From the NCBI RefSeq assembly GCF_964355755.1, contig NC_092673.1, positions 29,013,648 to 29,077,647 on the forward strand: a stretch of 64,000 nucleotides of DNA, written 5' to 3'. The stretch comes from Antedon mediterranea (lineage: Eukaryota; Animalia; Echinodermata). Every line of letters begins with the position of its first letter. Position 1 is the stretch's first letter. Under the pieces are notes generated by a model that was not told where the DNA came from, made no database searches, and saw nothing but the letters and a program-made list of their open reading frames with translations. Below, piece after piece: positions 48,001-60,505 of this stretch. The position numbers and the translations under genes are program-made.

Positions 48001-51000
48001 AAATTCATTGAGTTAATTAAAGTATTTTAAGGTTTAACAGACTACTGTAGTAGTGACTTTCAAAATTTAACAGTGTAGTCAAGGTTTCAACAGTACAGTT
48101 TTGATTTCATTGTTCTTGTATTTAAGCTGTAGTTTTTTTCTGTTCTTTCTTTTAGTAATAATAAACGATCAGTGTTGAGTCCTGGTTGTTTGGCACAGCC
48201 TGAAGACAACACCTGTTGTGATGTACTTAACACACTAATAATGAGCAAAACAAAGGTAACCATTTAAACACTTATTAAGACACATATTGAACACAACAAA
48301 CTTGTAATAACAGTGTCCTCTGAATAGTGTTTAACCATAGTGTTAAAACATGTATTTCCCCCGTTTTTTTATTATAAGGAAGTGTCCCTTTAATATAAGG
48401 GTTTGCCCTGAATAGTGATGTCCCATTAATAGGGGTATCCCATTATTAATAGGGGTGTCCCATTATTAATAGGGATGTCCCATTAATAATGATGTCCCAT
48501 TATTAGGGGTGTCCCATTAATAGTGATGTCCCATTAATAAGGGTGTTCCATTAATAGGGGTGTCCCATTAATAATAGGGGTGTCCCATTAATAATATACT
48601 GTATAATCATTTACAATGTATTATAGGTTTGAGTAATAATTGATCGTAGTGTTGCAGTAATTGTTTCTTCTTGATTAACAAATTTGATTTCTTTCAGGAG
48701 AGTTTGATGGAAGTGAATCGGCAAATAGTTGATGTAATAGCGAAGGAAAAGATAAATCCACAGGTTTCAATGAAGATGGGTAGAGGAGTGGACCTGCTTA
48801 AGTCGCATTTAGAGTTGTTTAAGTAAGAATGAATGATTTAGTGATATTTTATGACAACACATTGGACATTCTAATAACAATTAGGTTATGCTCGGAGAGG
48901 TTGAATTGAAAATTAGTTAGTTATTAGTTAGTAATTTTAAAAAAAGGGATTGTTTTAACAACATTTAAACTAAATATTAATTAATAATAATAAAAGATTT
49001 ATACAGCGCACATATCCAAGTGCTCAAGGCGCTTGTGAATGATACATATTTTGTCTGTATTTCTTCAAAGTATTTTGCTCCTGTTTTTAATGGATAATGA
49101 AATCATATTTATATTGTGTTACAAAAATCAACCGTTAGTGTTACAAATACATCAACTTTAATCACCTCTAGGGCTTCAAACAGTGCTTATTCATAAAGGC
49201 CATGTGAGTGAGTGGAACCGTAATTACGTAGCCTTAACATCGGCAAGGGTTCTAGGCTTACTTGCTCCTAGTTCTGGTGGTAGAACGAGTCTTCTCAGAT
49301 AAGGACTATAAACGGTAGCTCCAGTGTACACATCTAGCTCATGTGCACTTTAAAGAACCTAGTACATCTTTCGAGACGAGTAGGGATTAATCTGGTGTAC
49401 TAGTGCATAACAGCCACTGATCATAATCTGGGAGACCAGTCTTTGACTGACGAGGTTACCCAGTGTAAATAAACAATAACAAACCATTCACTTATCCTTG
49501 CAGTGTTAAAAAGTTCAGCAAGGCGTTTGAGCAAAACTGTGGATTGTTACAATTAAGTGTGGCTTGTCTGCAGTCATTACAACAACAGCAGTCGTTTGAC
49601 AAGTACAAATTGTTAGAAAAGATGATTTTACAGGCAAAAAGCGGATCAACTTCACCAAGCTCATGTTTAATAGATTCTTACAAAGACAATGCCGCTGAAA
49701 AAACAAGGTACAGTAGAGGCTTTCATAAGTTTTTAGGCCATCTTGATCCAACAATTCAATTCAATACTTGATTCTGTCCAACATACATGAAATACATACA
49801 TATGCAGGCCCGTATGCAACATTTATAATGGGGGGGTGCGAGCGAAGCGAGCCACAATGGCTGGGGGCCAGGGGGCCACCAAGGGCCCCCTGCCAGGGTC
49901 GAGGGGGCGAAGGCCCCGGCAAAATTTGCGTTATTTGACGTTCTAAAGACTGATTTAAGACTCTTTGTTGTGGCTTGGGCTAGTTGAACGATGGACACCA
50001 GAAACTATAACGCTTTCATGAGGTTTTTAAAGGCCAACTCGGACAGCGTCGTCCGTCCTTCCCATGCTTGGGCGCCGTATTCGATAGTTTCTGTATTTCC
50101 ACCAGACACGTCTTTACCTCCGGTTGTCTGCTGTATTTCCAGCAAATACTTTACCGTGTACCGCGTACCATGAAGCGCTAAGCTATTGCTTGTCGTCACA
50201 TGATCGACTGCGCATGTTTTACATCGAGTTTGTAGTCAGTTCAGATTCCGTAATTTCATTACCGGTATTTTTTCATTTTATATTAACATATTTTTGTTTG
50301 TATACCATTGATAATGTGAATTTTGTATATATATAATGATATTGTCTTTAGTTAAACAAGACAAGAAAAAATACCAACCAAGGAAATAGTGGACCTTTTG
50401 GGACTTTGGGGGGGGGGGGGTGCGTCTGCACCCAACGCACCCCCCCCCCCCCCTGGATACGGGCCTGATATGTAATATTGATTGGTTCCAGTGTTAATAA
50501 ATAATTATATATACAATAACAAATTACAAATACAAAATTGGCCATTCAAACTATGATCACACATTACTGGCCCATGAGCAGTTTTTTTCTCATCAGCCAT
50601 TAGGGCTCTTAATGACCAACGGGAAAAAACTGTTAATTATAGTTCAATCCGGACTAGATTAACTTGTTTCATTTTATTTTTCATTTCACTTATTTATTTG
50701 ACCAAAAAAAAACAATAATAAAAACAGGTCAGGAAAAACAAAAGTGATCTAGGCCACTATGACTCAACGAGTCAGTAATTCCTATATGTGTGGAACATTA
50801 CTTAAAACTAATAGTAAAACTAAAACTCGGTATATTTATAATTCTTGAATAATCATTATGTACCAACTTTTGTAACAACTGTGCACGACCTTTCTCCTCC
50901 TGTGACAAATAAAACCAAAAAAAAAAAAAGGTAAATGAAGAAATACTATAAGATGAGGAAAAATTATGGAAACTTGTATTATCATGTTAATAGATTATAT

Positions 51001-53073
51001 TGGTGATTACTTATTGCAGAAAACACCATAGTAATTTCTTTTTAATTTCTTCGGATTGTTGGAGATAATAAAGTTTTCTTCTGTCTTATGGCTTAATTAT
51101 TTGAAAAGAATTTAACAATTTATTACTTTCTTCTAGCGAAGATGCAGAAGAAATGTTAAGGAGTTTAGTTTATCTGTACTCTTTGCACGGAACAATTTCA
51201 AGAGAAGATGAAGATGAACTGAAAGAACTTCTTACTGATTACGCAGCATCAAATAATGAACAAATGCAGTCTTATTTTGGTGATTATTTTCTTTAATTTG
51301 TTAAATAAACATCATATTTTATGTTTAGGTTTATAATAAGGCAATAATTGTGTATGGTTACAAAAAAAGCTTGCTAATAATGGCATAAACAGGTTAAAGA
51401 GTAAATAAAGTGTAGTTACTGCAGTAAATGCAGTAGAATAAATTTGATATGGTAAATGTATATACAGTCAATTTATTGGGCTATCCCACAATTATCTCCA
51501 TTTTTTTTTAGTCCATTTTATGTTGTATGAACAATTGCATAACAGACAACAATATTTTCTCTAATCAGTGTTTTAATATAATATATTTTACAGATTCAAA
51601 ACGAGGTATTGATGCCATTTTTGAACAGTTAAATGATATTGGAATGGCAAGAGAACACTTAAAGCAATTTAGGTAAGTTGCTTGGAGTGAACTTAGTGTT
51701 TAACATGCTTGCTTACCTATTCCAGGGCTCCTATGCTCTATCTACACTTCATGTGAATCTGTCTACACTATCAAACTTTATGTGACGAAAAAATGTGATG
51801 TGCCCATATATGAACATGATGATGTCATATCTAGTTTGATAGTGTAGACAGGGCTTTAGGCAAATCATGTGGCATTTTGTTTCCAACATCTCTTAAGCCA
51901 GTTAACTTTGGGCTGGTGACCGTTTTTAACAATCACACTTCAATAAAGGTATTTCCCACCTAATTCAATAAATATTTACTTAAGTGGTATTAATTTATAC
52001 AGGAGAATTTTTAAATTCTAAGGCCTAAGCATCAATAACAAATACTTTTTTACCCAAATAATGGTTTATTTCAGAGATATAGTTGTTGATGGAAATGATG
52101 TATTTCCGTGTACGTACAAGTCTTTCATACAGCACTTGCTGGAGCAGATTGTAGACTCCTCTAAACCTGAATTGACTGACTTACAACATAGATCTACTGG
52201 TCTTCGTGATCGACTTAAAACTAGTTTCAGGTTAGTGCATTATTTTGATTCCAATTTATTTTTGTCTGATAAAATCCTTAATTTTTTATCTAATTCTTTC
52301 TCATTTTACAACCGTTTTAAATACAATGACAAGATAAAGACACATTGATTCAGACCAAAAATACTCAAAAAATAAACAGGTTGAAATACTGATACATTTA
52401 ATCCAGTACTGTGTAGATCATGAAACTACCAGCAGTCTAATGGGAAGGTATCAGCATTTCAAGCAGATGCCTTTTGCAGCCCAAGCAGATGCCTTCTGCA
52501 GCCCAAGCTGATGCCTTCTGCAGCCCAAGCAGATGCCTTCTGCAGCCAGAGAAGATGCCTTCTGCAGCCCAAGCAGATGCCTTCTGCAGCCCAAGCAGAT
52601 GCCTTCTGCAGCCCAAGCAGATGCCTTCTGCAGCCCAAGATTCAATTTAAGATAACTGCCACAAACAATGTAATTTATGTTCCTTTTTTAATAGAATGTT
52701 CATGAACGTGAGTAAACCACGGCCCAGTGATCATCCACTTTTAATTGTCTTCGTCATTGGTGGAGTGACGTGTTCCGAAGTGAAAGCTGTCAATGAAATT
52801 TCAAATAAATCAAATCAAGAGGTATGAGATAAAAACAATTTTAAAACATTTTCTGAAAAATTAATAACAATAATATTGCATTGGAAATTGTAGCTATTTA
52901 CAGTCAACATCTTTCAGATCTTATCTTTTAATCAACAAACAATCCAAATTTTTAATTTTTTATTTGTTTTTGTCATTTTTTTGCAGATTCTCCTTGGTAG
53001 TACGTCTTTTCTTAAACCAAGCGACATCGTTGATAAGGTTTTCAGCAACAATTCTAATAATTTTATTTTATAA
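45015..53073 (+). CDS. SCFD2: Sec1 family domain-containing protein 2, 14 coding exons, 642 aa from ATG 45015
   Basis: Exons 45015-45188, 45603-45818, 46035-46172, 46452-46526, 47365-47496, 47775-47947, 48156-48255, 48698-48822, 49504-49707, 51137-51279, 51594-51672, 52075-52230, 52695-52821 and 52987-53073 are in phase. Motifs: AVVFLDD..AECLHW, ASLVVLDRTLDL.GPV.H, PGCLAQP and KPRPSDHPLLIVFVIGGVT.SEV. Confidence 0.93.
45476..45560. repeat. About 3 copies of a ~32-bp unit
   Basis: Unit CAAACATCTGACCAATTAGAGGAATACTAGGG, with a further degenerate copy at 45443. Confidence 0.85.
46554..46793. repeat. Minisatellite, 24-bp unit, about 10 copies
   Basis: Unit ACTGATCTATCTTATTCTGATTTA. Confidence 0.95.
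48405..48603. repeat. Degenerate ~19-22-bp tandem repeat, probably the expanded interior of a Tc1/pogo-type MITE
   Basis: Unit TAATAGGGGTGTCCCAT(TA), ending in ...ACTGTA. Similar GTGTCC...TAATAG words occur near 17595, 27035 and 30785. Confidence 0.7.
49205..49480 (+). mobile_element. tRNA-headed SINE with Deu/Nin-like central domain
   Basis: Close match to 3219-3545, for example TTCTGGTGGTAGAACGAGTCTTCT...CCAGTGTACACATCTAGCTCATGTGCACTTTA. Confidence 0.75.
49805..50467. mobile_element. Non-autonomous DNA transposon with CAGGCCCGTAT TIRs and 5-bp TSD ATATG
   Basis: CAGGCCCGTAT at 49805 and ATACGGGCCTG ending at 50467, with ATATG at 49800-49804 and 50468-50472 and G/C-run subterminal regions. 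A related end occurs at 42470. Confidence 0.75.
52461..52638. repeat. Minisatellite, 8 x 22 bp
   Basis: Unit AAGCAGATGCCTTCTGCAGCCC. It explains the spurious ORFs at 52451 and 52511. Confidence 0.95.
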
Positions 53074-55002
53074 ATTTAATTTTTTTAATTAATTTCTTAT
53101 AGAATTTTAATTTAAATATATATTTTATTTTAATAATTGCTCTTTTGCTTTTAGAGTCAAAAATATAATTTTAATAGATTTATTCAAATTATTTAATCAT
53201 GGAGTAAAGAATAAGAGGAGGCGCAACACAGGAATGAAATAAAGATGCTCTAACTGATATAAAGATTTTGGTACACCACATACACATATATGCTTTAACT
53301 TATGGCACAGAAATAAATTTCTATTAAATTAATGTTGGTAAAAAATAAAGAAAGTTTCACCTGAATAAGTACTGATATGTAATACTGGTTATCATTTAGT
53401 GTTGTTTTCACATTCAAAATGTCCACTTGATCAAATCACATTTGAGAGTGCTAGTAAGTTTGGATACCAATTACTTGCATTGATAGATTCAGACCTACAC
53501 TTACCCCAAGTCTGTAGTTATTGTATTTTTTATGTTTAGTCCACCAGTCAGAAACTACTATGTTTCGAGCTCAAGTATTATACGTATGAAACGCCATGTG
53601 TGCCAAAATATTTATCTTTTCAAAAATATTAAATGAAAATGCAGTCTAGACTAAAACAGACCAGGCAACATTCAGAAACAAGCACAAATTGTAAAAGAAA
53701 AAATGATAGTTCTCATTATGGTGTCATGTATAAGGAAACAAGAACAGCTGTGGGATATTTTTGTAAGTACACATAATATGATCTAACATTTAAAATCTGT
53801 ATTATATATATATATATATACAAATAATGAATGTTTATAAGTTGGATGGTGAGAATATTTAATAAGTTTTCTCAACTCAATGAATACAAAACATTCATTA
53901 TTTAACCTACTTTTATTCAATTATCCATCAAATCATTGAAGAATTCTAGGCCGAAGCTAGATTCTCAAAAGAGCATGTTCATTATCACCATTAGATATCA
54001 CTTTTTCGTTAGATAGGGCTAATTCCAAATGACACGTGATGCGTAATTGACCAATCAAATTGCAAGAATACAATCAGGTGTGTTATGTTATAACCTTGTA
54101 GGTGAATTAGATTAGCGAAAGCTATTTTGTTTGCTCCAATTTGCTATTGGTGAATAAAGAATGAATATAGAAGATGGTACATGATTGGTTTAGAAAAATA
54201 TTTGACTTTTAGCTGGTATCAGGGCTATGGGTATCTAGCTATTTTGATTGCACAGCGTCATACATAGTACAGTATTGTTGACAATTGTCATTGTATTATA
54301 GCTTCGTCCTTGTATCCCTCATTCTACCTATAGCCAGGGACTGGTATAAGTGTCTACATTTTAGTTAATTATTACCTAGCCCGTACTATTTCATCGCTAT
54401 ACAGCTAGCCTGCTTATTTTTACAAATTTAATTTGCAGGTATCATTGAAGGGATTCAAGATACTATTGACCTAAGGAAAGCTGACCACAGGATCATCAAA
54501 TATAAACGTGGAAGTGTTGCAATATTGTACTTTATTTTGGTTTGTGAGGGTGCGGTCATTAAGTTTTATTTACCAGGGCTGAGCATATTCGATCATGTAA
54601 GTTAAACCTGCAAATAGGAGATTCCAATTAATTAAAACAGATTGGCAAACCTTAATGGAGCTTTTTGATTAAGTAAACTTACGAACTGTATATTGTCAAA
54701 AGTTTTGTCCCTTAAACATTTTTTTTTTATTTGCCATTTTAATGTCACATAATAGTTATTCACTTTGACAAAAACTGGATCGAGAAAAAAAATATTTACT
54801 TGAAAAAATGTAATTTAAAGCAAAAAAATAGTCAAATTAGGTGCCAGCCAATGGGTTTTTGGTTGAATTTAACCGTTTATTTTGTCATTTTATAAGTAAA
54901 AACATTATTTTTTCGGGGTTTTTTTTTTCTACGGAAGTAAAACTACAAAATAGCCTATTCAAAATCTGATCTTCAATTTTCATGTTTTTGGGGGACAATA
55001 CA

Positions 55003-57412
55003 TTTTTTTTTTTTTTACTTGATTTACTTGATGTTGAGACTTATAAAGCCGAAGCTTGTGTGTCCCTCGACGTGTTTCTATATATTATCTTGTCTACTAT
55101 AGGGGCAAACTTGCAGAAAGAAGTAGACAAGTGTTTTTCCAGCCTTGACTGGTTGATTGAGTCAGATTCTATGACGGTTGACGGTAATTTGTTCCAGACA
55201 TTGCATATGTTTTGAGTAAAGAACTTTTGTCTAATTCGTAGATGAGATATGTCTTTATTCATTTTCCATTTATGGCCTCTAGTTCTGGACTCTCCTACAA
55301 AAGTGAACAGATTTCTGGCATTTATATTATCAAAATGACTACAAATCTTAAAAACCTGGATTAGAGCAGATCTCAACCTTCTGAAATAAAGAGTAGGTAG
55401 TTGTAGTTGTTTCAATCTATCCTGATAAGTATCTCTTCTAATGCCTGGCACCAAACGGGTTGCTCTCTGTTGCACTTTTTCAAGCTTGTCTGACTCTTTG
55501 TGATATATATGTTGCCAAACAGGACTGCAATACTCGATTGATGTCCTGATTATGGTTTTATACAGCTGCATGAAAGAATAGTTACCCAGATAATGAAACG
55601 TTCGTTTTATCATTCCTAATTTTCTGTTTGCCATAGAAGCCTTCTGTGCAACATGTAATCCAAAGGACAATTTATTATCAAGTATGATTCTCAAATCTGT
55701 TATTGATTCCACTGATTGAATTGGAATTCTTCTTTGATCAGTACCCATATGATAGATAACTTTCCTATTCCTTCTTCCAAAATGCATAATTTTACATTTC
55801 ATTAAGTTGAAAGGAAGTTGCCATTTCTCAGACCATTCAAATAATTTATTCAGATCATCCTGTAATCCATTTGATTCTTCCACACTGTTCACCAAATTGA
55901 ACATTTTGGTATCATCTGCAAAAATTTTTACTTTAGAACTAACTCCATCAGGGATATCATTAATAAATATATTGAACAGTGCAGGACCAAGTACACTGCT
56001 CTGTGGGACTCCACTACTAACTCGCAGGCTTCCTGAATGAACTCCATTTAACACCACTTGTTGTGACCGTCCAGAAATAAATGCTCTAATCCAGTTTAAT
56101 AAATCCAATGCCATAGTCCTGTAATTTGTTTAACAGTCTTTCATGTGGTACACTGTCAAACGCTTTTTTGAAATCTAGAAAGATGCAATCAAAACATTGA
56201 CCCTCTTCAAACCATTTGGTCCATTGTTCTAAAACTTCAATCATCAAGGTGGTACATGAACGACCTGATCTAAAACCATGTTGATGAGTAGAAAAAAGGT
56301 GATTGACTTCCATATGATTCATCAAGGCATTTCTTACAAACGTCTCCATGGTCTTGCATATTATAGATGTAAGGCTGACTGGTCTGTAATTTAGGGGATC
56401 TGATTTTTTACCCTTCTTAAAAATTGGCACTACTTTGGCTTGTTTCCACGAATTTGGTAGAACTCCATTATCCACTAATTTTGAAAACATATCTTGTAAA
56501 ATAGGGCTAAGTTCACTACTTAGTTCTTTGAGCACTCTTGAATGTATTCCATCGGGTCCCGGAGACTTGCAGATATCCAGGCGCCGTAAATAAGATTCTA
56601 TATCTGTTGTTGAGAATTTCACAGTAACCAGTTCGGGGCCAGAGAAGCGGGATGGTAAGTCAGGAATATTAAGAACATCCTCTAACGTAAAAACTGAAGC
56701 AAAGGCTTTATTGAACACTTTTGCTTTCCCGTAATCATCTGACACCATCTCACCTAGATTACTTTTCACACACGCAATATCTAGTCTCGATTTCGTTTTG
56801 CTTTGTACATATTTCCAAAAGTTCTTAGGGTTCACTTATTTATGTTTTAGATTGATTTCTTTTTTTAGCTCGATATTTACCCACTCCTTCCTATTTAATG
56901 GTCTCTTTTTCCGTAATGGCACATATTTCTCAACACATATATTAATAGCTTTTTCAATCTTTTGAGATAACTCTTCACCCGTTGCGTCAAGACATTCCTC
57001 CTTGATATTAAAATTTGAAAACTCTTCTCTTATTTTATCGTAATTGGCTTTATAGTAATTCCTCATATATGGTGTTTCACGTTCCTTTATACCCTCTTTA
57101 ATCTTCAGTTTAAATACAATTACAGCATGGTCGCTTTTGCCAATAGGAGGGAATAATTCCAGATCCAGAGTTTTCCCAGTCAATATTACCAAAGTTAAAA
57201 TCTCCTACCACTATTGTGTTGTCTCTTGAAAGTTTATCTGCTTTTAAGAGCATTTCTCTTAAAAGTGTATTACTATCCTTACAACTGTTTGGGCTACGGT
57301 AAATACACCCAATTAAAGTGTTATCATTATTAATTTTAAGATCCACCCAGACTGCCTCTTTAAAGTTTCCAATAGATACTTCTGTAACAGGATCTACATC
57401 TTTAATATTTCT
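55003..57412 (-). mobile_element. 5'-truncated, frameshifted CR1-group LINE (partial endonuclease plus RT)
   Basis: Overlapping ORFs 57346-57110, 57192-56836, 56835-56086 and 56114-55041 contain GCIYRSPN, GDFN, SDH, NYRPVSLTS, QHGFRSGRSC, LDFKKAFDSVPH, GVPQSSVLGP, FADD and TRGH. There is a poly(A) tail at 55003-55017. The element lies in intron 1 of the short ADF-H paralogue. Confidence 0.95.
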
Positions 57413-57557
57413 TCCCGTCTCTATAAAAATGTAATTATGTCAAGATGCTTTGGATCTAACATACTTTTAGGAGACAAGATTACGATAATTGATTAATATA
57501 ATTCCTATATGCGCACAGCAAGCCAGACGAGTTAAATTTATCAATTTTTTTTTCAGA

Positions 57558-59118
57558 ATGGGTACTGATGTAGAATTTAAAGATAAAGAAGCATTTCAGG
57601 CAGCATTGTCGGCCTTAAGATCTGACCAAGCTGAACATGCTCGGCAAAGCTGGGTTTTGATTGGCCACGTAGATAACAATCCAAGTGTGGTCAGTCTTGT
57701 TGATACTGATAATAGCTCCAAAGCTCAAATCAGTGATTTCGTTTCAAAGTTGTCCGATGACCAAGTTCAGTATGGAATGTTGCGATACTCTGTGACCCTC
57801 GATATGTCGGTAGATTTAAAATTTATCTATGTTAATTGGTAGGTACTTTAATTGGCCTAAAAGTTCTGCCTCCAATTTTTAAGCACAAAGTTTTAGTATT
57901 ATACAACAAGTTTCAGTTTGTTTTAATTTTCTTTTTATTTTGGTATAGTTATATCTCATTGTCAATCTTTATGTGATGTGCCCATATATGGACATTATGA
58001 TGTCATATCACTACTATATTTGGCCATATCACTACCATATTTGGGCACAAAAACAGTTTGAGAGTGTAGACAGAGCTTTAGATTATGAAAAATGATATTG
58101 TTTTATACATACATGAATGAATTTTTATCACAGGATTGGATCTAAAGTTCCGGCTTCTAAGAAGGGTCGTTTTAGTGTTGTCCATGGAAGTGTAAGAGAC
58201 TTCTTTGGTAATGCTCATTGTAACATTACCACCAGTAGTCGTGATGACCTTACTTTGGATGCTATAACTCAAAAGGTATGACCATAGAGTTATTAGACAA
58301 CTAGAGTGTCAACTCTCATAATCTGACCTCATAATGCAATGCATAGCTATTCATGCACTTTGTACTAATTATTCATGCAAAAATTAATTGTTTTTATAGT
58401 TTTGTTTTTTTTATCAAGAAATAATTACTTGGTTTCAATATTCTAAAGCTCTGTCTACACTATCAAACTTTATATGACAACAAATTGTGATGTGCCCATA
58501 TATGGACATGATGATGTCATATCACTACTAGATTTAAGCATGTCACTACCGTATTTGGGCACATCACACTTTTTTTGTCAAACTAGTTTGATAGTGTAGA
58601 CATAGCTTTATGTTTACTTCATAATCCAAATATGTTACTTTTTTTGGAACCAAAACAATGCAATTTTAATACCTTAAAAGCAAGTCACTGAATTTATTTG
58701 ATAGAATCCAGATACAAAGCCCATTCTGGAAACACAATTTTGTTAAACTTTCAAAAAATAATTACTTATGATTTCCATTCTATTATTTTATTAAATTGTT
58801 TTTGTGCTATATATATATGAATAATATTGATCGAGTTCGAACAATACCATGAAAGCCCCAGTGGTCTAATGGTTAGGACATCTGCATATCAAGCAGGCGG
58901 TCCGAGTTCGAGTCTCGGTTGGGGCGACTTTTTCTCATTCTCACAGATTTCCTCATCTTTATTGTTTCAAATTAATTAATTAAATTTCAGTATATCACCG
59001 GGCGGTTTCGAATTAATGTTCATTGCCTAATGTGTTTATATGAATAATATTGATAAATAAAAAAGATGATTTTAAAATTAATTTTTATTTTGCTTGCCAG
59101 ATAAAACAATTGAGGTGA
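57558..59118 (+). CDS. Single-domain ADF-H (coactosin-like) protein, 146 aa; partial duplicate of the downstream gene
   Basis: Exons 57558-57838, 58134-58275 and 59101-59118 (IKQLR*) are open and in phase. A non-coding exon 1 ends at donor 54597 and is homologous to the exon ending at donor 59994. Confidence 0.7.
58832..59036 (+). mobile_element. tRNA-carrying mobile unit, copy 2, flanked by a direct repeat of up to 18 bp
   Basis: About 96% identical to 44764-44974. TATATGAATAATATTGAT occurs at 58814-58831 and 59037-59054. Confidence 0.85.
58855..58926 (+). tRNA. tRNA-like gene with anticodon ATC; copy 2, identical to copy 1
   Basis: 72 of 72 nt are identical to 44789-44860, and a T-run follows. 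Confidence 0.7.
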
Positions 59119-60505
59119 TCTGTCAATCAACTGAATCCACCAAGAGGTATGAGATGGTATATGCTTTTACAACATCACCTAATTTAGTATATATGTCATG
59201 CATATAATATTTAGTAATATGTAGGCTTTGTTCAGGATTTGAAATTGAGAAATCAATTACAAACTCCACACGTAAAAAAGATCCAATTTGAAAAGACTGA
59301 TCTATCTACAAACAGCTTGAATTTTATGGTATTTAACATTTGTTGTGTTTTTATTTTGAAGTTTTTCAGCAACAATTCTAATAAATTTAGTCAAATAATG
59401 ATGATTATAAATAATTCTAGATATATCCAAACTCATTATTCATTAATAAATGTACAGTATATATATAGGTTATAAATTATGCTTTTATACAAATATACTG
59501 GTTATTTCAACATCATTACCCAATCTCAATAGGTGTGCGTTCACATTAAAATAAAAGATGACATGATTGATTCAGTAGTGAAGTGTGATTTATTCATTTT
59601 ATTTTATTGTGATAAGGAACACAACTATGTATAAACCATGCAAAATATTTTTATTTCCAATTCAAAAGAAGGAGAGAACAAAATATAAAAAATGTCACAT
59701 ATTATACAATTTAAAATACAGATGGTGCATATTAGTCGGGATAATATCATATGTATGTTTATAGCCATGGAGATCAATTTCTAAAACCAAAGTTTTCTTT
59801 GCTAAAACTTTCATGTGTTGACCACGCCCACTCCAAATCCCAATCAGCAGCCAATCTGTAGATGATAAGCGCCCTCTATGATTCTACCACAATCAACAAA
59901 AAATACATGCGGAAGTGAAGTGCGGTACTTTATTTTGGTTTGTCAGGGTGCGGTAATTTAAGTTCATGTGCTGGGCCTAGAAAATTAAATCATGTAAGTT
60001 ATATCTAAAAAGATATCAATTGCCGATAATTAAAAAGTAATTGTCGAAAACAGAACTGGTAAAACTAATGAATAAGTAAACTAAGAACTACTAGGCCTAT
60101 TATAATAAAACCATGCATTAACAAAACGATAGTCACTGCTAAATAAATTAGTGCTGTGTCGAGTCATGACAAGAGCCAAGAGATCCGTCAGGTGTGCGTG
60201 AATTAGCGAAGTAGGATATATAACCTCTTGTACATGTAGTAGGCTGTGATGTTGTATTATTATTAGTAAGGTTAAGTAAGCGACTCGGACATTATAGGTC
60301 CATGTTCCAACCATTTAATATCAAAGACATTAAAATTGTTATAATAAATCTTCATATCATCCATGAATTTTAATATCTATTTTTCAAATTGTAAAAATTA
60401 TTATTCTGTATTATTTAAAGTAAGATAGAGTATACCTATTTTTGTGTGCTATTTATATTAAATTAATTAAATCAGAATCAATTCAATACATTTTTCAGAA
60501 TTAAA

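Noticed and set aside
52451-52705. Repetitive ORFs on both strands (also 63344-63572)
   Set aside because: They are products of 22-bp and 13-bp minisatellites.
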